Assembly: GCA_008632985.1 (NCBI GenBank)
Contig: QPGO01000027.1
Location: 372,001-436,000 of the forward strand
DNA length: 64,000 bases
Origin: Psammoneis japonica
Lineage: Eukaryota
Direction of reading: 5' to 3'
Both the position numbers and the translations under genes were made by a program. Shown here piece by piece: positions 57,333 through 64,000 of this stretch (its first letter is position 1; each line of letters starts with the position of its first letter). The notes beneath the pieces are model-generated. The model ran no database searches, was not told the DNA's origin, and saw only the letters and a program-made list of their open reading frames with translations.

Positions 57333-59915
57333 CACCCCTGTGTCAGGCAGTGGTGCCATGGGATGTGGTCATGTGTGATGCACGATGATGTCATCACCTG
57401 CACTGAAATGGGAACACTCATGTCCACTTGGACCTGGGCATGTGCACAAGAAAAATCTTGCATCCCATGGTGCCCCCAATTCTTGAGTTGCCTCAAACAA
57501 GGGGCCCAACCAATTGAGCACTTTTCAGCCATCTCTCAACCACAAAAAAGCATGTGTCACAGCAATGTTGCCATGATGCTTTCAAATGATTTGTCCCCTC
57601 CTGCTTCCAATGACAAAACAGCCACCAACATTGGTGACAACAACAACAACACAACAGATGATGTCATTTCTGTGGTCATTGTGCTCTTGTCACCTTCCAA
57701 AACTGCAACTTGTTTGCTGACACTCAGTTTTCACCACTCCACCACATTCCACAGCTTCTGGTGTGAGCGACAATGCTGCTGCTGCCTTTCCCACAACAAC
57801 CACACCCAATGCAGTTCCCACCCTGACTGGCACAAGAGGCAATGATTTTGCTTTGTCTCTCCTCTGCCAAACACTGGCCAAATTGTTTGGTGCCAGCCAA
57901 CGCCATTTTCTGTTGCTGTGCAGCACTCTGGCAAGTGGCACATGCAGTGAGGCTTCTGCCATGCCTGGTTCTTCATGCAATGGCATTTGCATTGCTGTCA
58001 TGTGCCAAAAAAAGCCAACAGCACTGTCACACTGTCTCACACTGTTTTGACTTGTGCTCCACAGTGCACGTCATTGCTTCTGTTGTCTGGCATGAATGAC
58101 AATGCCATGGTTGCTCTTCCCATGACTGTTGCACCTGATGCTGTTCTCATCAGGCCCAATGCAAAAGGTGGTAAATTTGCTTTGGCCTTGCTTCACCAAA
58201 CACTTTTGAATGAAGCGACACAAAGCAGCACCATTTTTCTCATGCTCCGCTGCCTCCCACAGGCCCTGTTCTGAGTGCCGATGCCAGTGAGCACCGCTCA
58301 GGTCACTGGCACTCCCAGAGCACTTCTTGCAATGCCTGCTGCAACAGGCAGCAACATTTCCATGGCTGTCATGTTCCAAAGCAAAAAACCCATGATTGCG
58401 CTGGTTGATGCTGTTCTTCTCACTTCTCATGCTGCCTGCAGTTCCTTTGCACATTCCTGGGCACCTCAGAGGGAAGCTGCTGTGAGTTTGTTGCTGGCAT
58501 GATGAGCACTTCATTTGTGAATCATCCAAGTTGCACAACCATGTGGCTTTGATCACACCAAGAGGAGGAGCATTTTGTTTGTGAATGATGGCCATGGTCT
58601 CAGCTGTTTGTGTGAGATGCTTTGGGCATTGAAATGAGAGTTGTCGCTCAGATGCAACTTGTGCTTGCCTTGAGGCCACATCATGAAAGCCTTCACTTTC
58701 AACCAACCATGCTGTTGTCATTGGTGTGCACATCATGATGGCACTGGTTGCAAATTTGGTGGCATGCATGGAAGCTGCAAAGGTTGGGCTCATTGATCAC
58801 TCTGAAGAATTGGACATGCTTGCCAAGGAATGTTGGCCTCTGAAAAAGGTGCAAAAGTCTCTGCAATTGCATGCATCAACTTGTCTAGCATGCCATTGCT
58901 GTGATTTCTATGTCCTTGAGATCAGTGCATGTTGAAGTGACAACAGCGGCACCCTCCACTGTGGTGGCACCTGCGCTGTTGCGCTTGCAATGGCTTTTCC
59001 TCTGGGGGTCACTTCATGTTCTAAACTGCCCAGATCCAATGATGCAAAACCACCAATTTATTGCACCTGCTCCAAAACATCTTTTTTGCATTTCCTGGTC
59101 ATTTGTTCTGCCAACAATGTTGAAGCCACAAAACAGGCAGGAAATCAGCATTCACAATGAGAGCTGTGGGAAATGGTGTGAGTTTGCAGCACATCATTTT
59201 GGCTGTGTTGGGCAAAGGAGAGCCAAAAAGCAACTCCATTGCCTCCTTCACCAGGCACGTTGAGAATGGTGTCAGGTGTGCCAGTCACTGGAATGGTGCT
59301 CACAGCATTGGCATTCACAACAGGGCCTGTGGGAGGCAGTGAAGCCTGCCAAAAACTGCGCAAGGTTGTGCCAAACAATTTTGTCAGTGTTGGGCCAAAA
59401 AGAGACAAAGCAACACATTGTTGCCTTTTGCACCAGTTGGCTTTTAGGAGCAGTGTCAGGGTGCAAGTTGTGGGAAAAGCAGCAGCGGCATTGTTGTTCA
59501 CACCAGAAGCTGTGGCAGGCACTGCAGCAGCTGAAACAGAGTGTCAGCAAATGAGGCATGATTTTGGAAGCAACTGGAGAGTGATGGCCAAAGAAACAAC
59601 ATTGCCTCCTGTCACAGTGGGGTCATTGTCATCAGTGTTGGAGGTTGCTTTGTTGTCAGAAGTGGGAGGGGACAAATTGTTTGAAAACATCATGGTTAGG
59701 TTGCTGTGATGCGTGCTTTTTTTGTGGTGCCTGTGAGCCCAGAACTGTCCCTTTTTGGAGGCTCAGGAACTGGGGGAGAGTGTGGATCAGGATTTTTCTT
59801 GCAACCATCAGCATTTGTGTACAAAAATCATTTTTTTCACATTGACACTTGTGCAAAAATGCCAGATGTGAACATGGCATCACCAACCACACTCTCCAGC
59901 ACTGACACAGGGGTG
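57333..59915. repeat. Diverged long inverted repeat (arms ~57333-58330 and ~59270-59915)
   Basis: CCACAGCTTCTGGTGTGA...GCTGCTGC.TTTCCCACAAC (57749) matches the reverse complement at ~59465-59515; TGCCTCCCACAGGCCCTGTT (58251) matches ~59320-59340; CCATGATG.TTTCAAA...TTTGTCCCCTCC (57571) matches ~59665-59695. Confidence 0.8.
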
Positions 59916-60769
59916 GCACCACCACATGCATGCATCACCTCACATGAAGCCAAAGGTCCTCTTTGCAACAATCAAACTGGAAAAGAACTTTTTGACCTTC
60001 ACAAAGCCACAACAATGCAATCACATTTGTGCCCATCCTTCCAGTTCTGTGTTTGGCATGTTTTGCCACAGCAGAAAAAAACCTTTCATCAACCATGTGC
60101 GAAAATGTCCTGTCTTCAAAGTTGCAAGCTGCACACCTCTGAGCATCTTGCCCAAGAACAGAACAACTTGAGAAGCATCACATGAATTGCCACTCTTCAG
60201 AGACTCTTTGTCCAGCGCCAAAGATGATGTGGGACATTGCAACAGCCTGAAATTTAGGGTGCACATGGTGTCCAAACCCACCCCAAGAAGCATTTGTGGC
60301 AAGGAGGAGCAGGAGGCATCATTGGTGCCTGTGGGTTTGTGGCAGTTTACACTGCAGAGAGTAAAATGGCAAAACAAACAATGAAGTGGCAACGGACACA
60401 CCAATTTCTAAATTGTGAGAACAAGTGCACTGCTTGCTTGACAACCACCAACCAAAGAAAGAATGCAAGAAGTGACTCTCATCTTTGCACTGGAGTCAAC
60501 ACGTGTGAACATGGTGTGAAGACTTGTTGACAATGAGAAGTTCTTGATTGCACAAAAGAAGAATTGAAGAGAGCCTCCATTCTTGTTTTGAACCTCAGAC
60601 CTCCAGTTTTGTGAGTTGCAAGCACATGATCTGTGATTGGTTGAGACATTGATGGCATTTCCTCTAGAGTGGCAGTCTTTGTGACTCTTGGACTTGAAAG
60701 CACATTGATGCATGCACCATGCACACATTCTCTCACTCCCTTGTGCCAAAATGTCCAAGTTGTTGCCAA

Positions 60770-63700
60770 CCTTGCACAGACAGATGATGGCAAATGAGCG
60801 TCAACAGGTCTGGCATTTTGGTCAAGAAATCAGCCTGTTGGAGCTTGGTGCCAATGGCCTCAATCAGCAAGCATCCATTGGTGACTTCAGAGCAGAAGCG
60901 GTGATGGACATTTGTTGATGTGATGCATTCTTGGCCTCATCTTGATTGAGAGCAGCTGAGTTTTCTTCAAAAGCTTGTAGAAAACTGTTGGAGTGGTTGT
61001 CACTGGACAATGTTTCTTGTTGATCTCCTCCAACAGACACACAGATGTGCCTTCACATGCTGGGCAGCAGCTGACAAGGCCAAATGTTCACTTTCACTGC
61101 TGCTGAGGGTAAATTGAGTCTGCAACTTGGATGACCAGCACATGTGGCATCCTCCACACTTGATGACACAGCCCCTGCAAGACTTTGCCATGTCAGGATT
61201 CTCAGCCACAATTGCCTTGTCCCAACCGCCACAGAAATCAGCATCAACAAAGCACTCAAAGCTCTTCTTGTTGTTGGGTGGCATCTGAACGCAGTGATCT
61301 TTGTCATGTGTGCTCAAGAGGTGCCATCCTGGGTGTTTGAGTGCATTTCCATGGGATTCTTTTGAATTTACAGTGAACCAAGCCAGTTGGTGAGTTGTGC
61401 ACGCAACACCAGGGTGAGCGAACTTCTCTTAGAACTTGACCTTGCCCATGACGGGCTGGCAGTCAAAATCACAGTCAAATGGTTCGCTGTCAAAGTCAGG
61501 CCCAATGAGCCTGGTGGAGAGAGCTGGAAGGTTCCTGGCAGTCATGCTCTGCTTTGGAGAGCCATCTTCATTGACAAGGTTGAGGTCCTTGAGAATGTTG
61601 TCAATCAAATGAGGTTGCGCCAAGTGACAACAATTGTTTTCTCTCTGAATTTTGACTCCAAGATGCTTGTCAATGACACCCTCATCTTCCACATCAAAAA
61701 TGAGTGCATCAACTTGATGACCTTGTCAATGCTGGCTGCAGATTCCTTGTCAAAGATCAGACAATCATCAGTGCAGACTGGGAGGACTGTTGTTCCCTTG
61801 CAGAGTGTGCATTTGTCATGTTCTGATGGCAAAAATCCAAGCTGCAATGACCCTGCTCAGAGGTGTTTGCACCAAATGCACCCACTGTCACATCCACCAC
61901 AAATGTTTTTCTTGATGTGCAGACAGCAGTTGTTGTGATTGATGCCAGGAAATGTCACTCCTCAGGCAGCTCCATGAAAGCTGGACTTAGAATGTCTGCT
62001 TGTAGACATGCAAGGACAAAATCTACTTGTGAGTGCCATCCATGCATGATGGAGATGCAGGAACAACCAAGCCATGGTCCAGCACAGAGCAGGGGCACAA
62101 GTCTGGTCACAGCACTTTCTTTTAATTTGCTCACAATGTCCACCAAGGGTCAGATGACTCTTCCACTCACAGACCTTGGGTGCATGGATTAAGCACTTGT
62201 GCTTTGTTGACCAAACTGTGGGCAAGATGATCTTGTTGTCAGGGACATTTGATTTCTCACAAATCTCCCTGTGCTCACAAGCAGTGTGGTCTTGGATTTC
62301 CTTGACCACAGCCTCCTTGAATTGAGGAGCATCTGGTTGCTTCATGGCTTGATGCACACACATGGTGTCAGGGTTGGCTGATGCTTTCATTAAGTGTGAG
62401 ATTGGGTCATCAAGATTGGCTTGAAATTCCTGTTTTGAGCACATGTTCTGATCCAGTGCATTGAACTTGACTTTGCATGAGACAAATTTGGCCTGGCATT
62501 GCAACTCTGATTCAATCACACATTGCATCAGCTGAACTCTTGCATTCAGAAGAATGTGTTGTTCACAGTGCTGGTGGAGGTTCTGGCTTGGGAATGTCCA
62601 ACTTGTTCCCTCATTCATTGTGGCCATTGCACCTTCCTCATTTTCAGCCATCTCCTCTTGAACAGTTGCTTGCTTGGGCACATCAGCAGGTTCAGCCTCA
62701 TGGCAAATTTTGGTTGCAATTTGCATGGTCCTGATGTGTGCTGGTGTTTTGGTCTTCTCATCAAGTTGTGATTCTTGAACCTTTGAGTCTTGGACAAAGT
62801 GGCAGATTTTCTGCCAGCAGGACTCAGTCTCACACTGAGATTTGAGCATCTCAAACAAATCATCAAATCTCACATGATGCTGAGGTGAGACCATGACTGT
62901 GTGAGGTTTGGCACCAAAGCAATGGAATGAGAGTGCTGCAGCACTGGTCCTTCAAGGTGCAGACCAACTCTTGAGCAGGAATCCCACTTGGGCATTGACT
63001 TGTTAGATTGCAATTTGTTGTCACTGAGAACACAGACTGGGCAAGCAAAATGATGAAAGTGCCAAATTTTTCATGGGTGCTTTAGCAAAAACTTGGTTGG
63101 AGAGAGTTGCTGTCCAATTGCCAGGATGCAGTCATGTGCAGTGCTTGTGTGTCAAAGAGCACGAGGCCACAGGGTGAGTTCTGCTGGTTTCAGCCATCAG
63201 CGTTTGGCATGAATGAGTTGGTTTCTTGCCAAATTTTGCAAGCTGCACATCCTCTTGTTCTCAGAAATCCCATTTTGAAATTGGGCATTGACTCCACAGA
63301 AGGAGATCAACTGATTTGTTTCTTCAATTGCAAAGAGGCATGCATGGTTGACAAAGCATCGGTTGTTGGCATGACAGTGACAAATGTGCACTTTGAGAGA
63401 ATGAGAGCATGCTTTGAACACGCACGCTTGGCTGCAACAGTCTCAGTTCCAGTCAAAGTTGTTTGCAAATGAACAAAAGAGAATCTGCTGCAGTTGTCAG
63501 TGAATGCAGCAGTGCAACAATGGTGTTTTGTGGTTGCCCAACCCTTCAATTGACAAACAAGGCATGTTGTTGTCACGTCCAGCTGATCCACCAACACACA
63601 CTGACTGGGCTCTGCAGCCTTGAACATTTTGCATTGCCCAGTGTCACACCTCACTTTCCAAGGTGCTTTTGTTGCTTTTCCAAGTCAACAAGCAGCACAT

Positions 63701-64000
63701 TGAGGGACATGACACTCTGCAAGGTGACAAGGTAAATCCTTGTTGCAAGCCACAGCTTGCGCGCACAAAAAGGGGAGATGACCAGCGCCAAAGTAAATTT
63801 TGTGTGATGGACTCATTGGCACAATTGGCTCATCATCTTCAATGACTGGCCTTTGACCCAAATCACAAGCAGAGAGGTTGAAATCTGCAGCATTGTTGTT
63901 GCACCATGAAGGTGTTGAATGATTGTCAGTGGCAGCTCCCTTGCTGTGGGCAGTTGCGTCACCAGGGACTTCATCAACAGGAGCAGTCATTGGACAGGAG
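60770..64000 (-). pseudogene. Old, heavily mutated Copia pol relic (IN-RT-RNase H)
   Basis: Integrase FTDNCSRFSFVHLQ and SFCGVNAQFQNGISE; RT QVDFVLACLQA and VCTDDCLIF (YxDD turned CTDD); RNase H FVDADFCGGW and WSSKLQT...LSSSESEHLALS. Confidence 0.88.

Larger units (their letters stand above)
53900..64000. other. TpA- and CpG-depleted repeat-rich domain 3
   Basis: Same composition as domain 1; contains a long inverted repeat and a Copia relic. Confidence 0.9.

Overview
Eukaryotic nuclear DNA, most likely from a diatom or other photosynthetic stramenopile (short spliceosomal introns, bipartite plastid-targeting presequences, Tic20, CGLD27). Gene islands of normal composition (~1-3400, ~28.66-34.15 kb, ~42.75-53.9 kb) alternate with transposon-rich domains (~3.4-28.65 kb, ~34.16-42.7 kb, ~53.9-64 kb). 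The islands hold a CUE/Cys-rich membrane protein, tRNA-Pro(AGG), RPC7/RPC31, NBP35, a DUF1115-like protein, CTF8, a sulfotransferase, a plastid RRM protein, an EF-hand-Tic20 fusion, CGLD27 and a Crinkler-like protein. The repeat domains hold a full-length Copia, a Gypsy with a nested TRIM, a mini-Copia, a MITE and older relics. The main signal is a repeat-restricted hypermutation converting TpA to TpG/CpA on both strands after integration. It runs opposite to fungal RIP and, in the youngest element, ahead of CpG decay. It is read directly from LTR pairs (9 of 12 Copia LTR mismatches are TA losses) and from systematic Tyr->Cys/His changes in TE proteins, it spares YTAR contexts, and it has sharp boundaries, one at a tRNA gene. 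I know of no described system with this signature, but could not search the literature. A base-calling artefact from a modified base is not excluded without raw reads. The assembly also shows a gap, a probable chimeric inversion and homopolymer-deletion errors at 29-31 kb.
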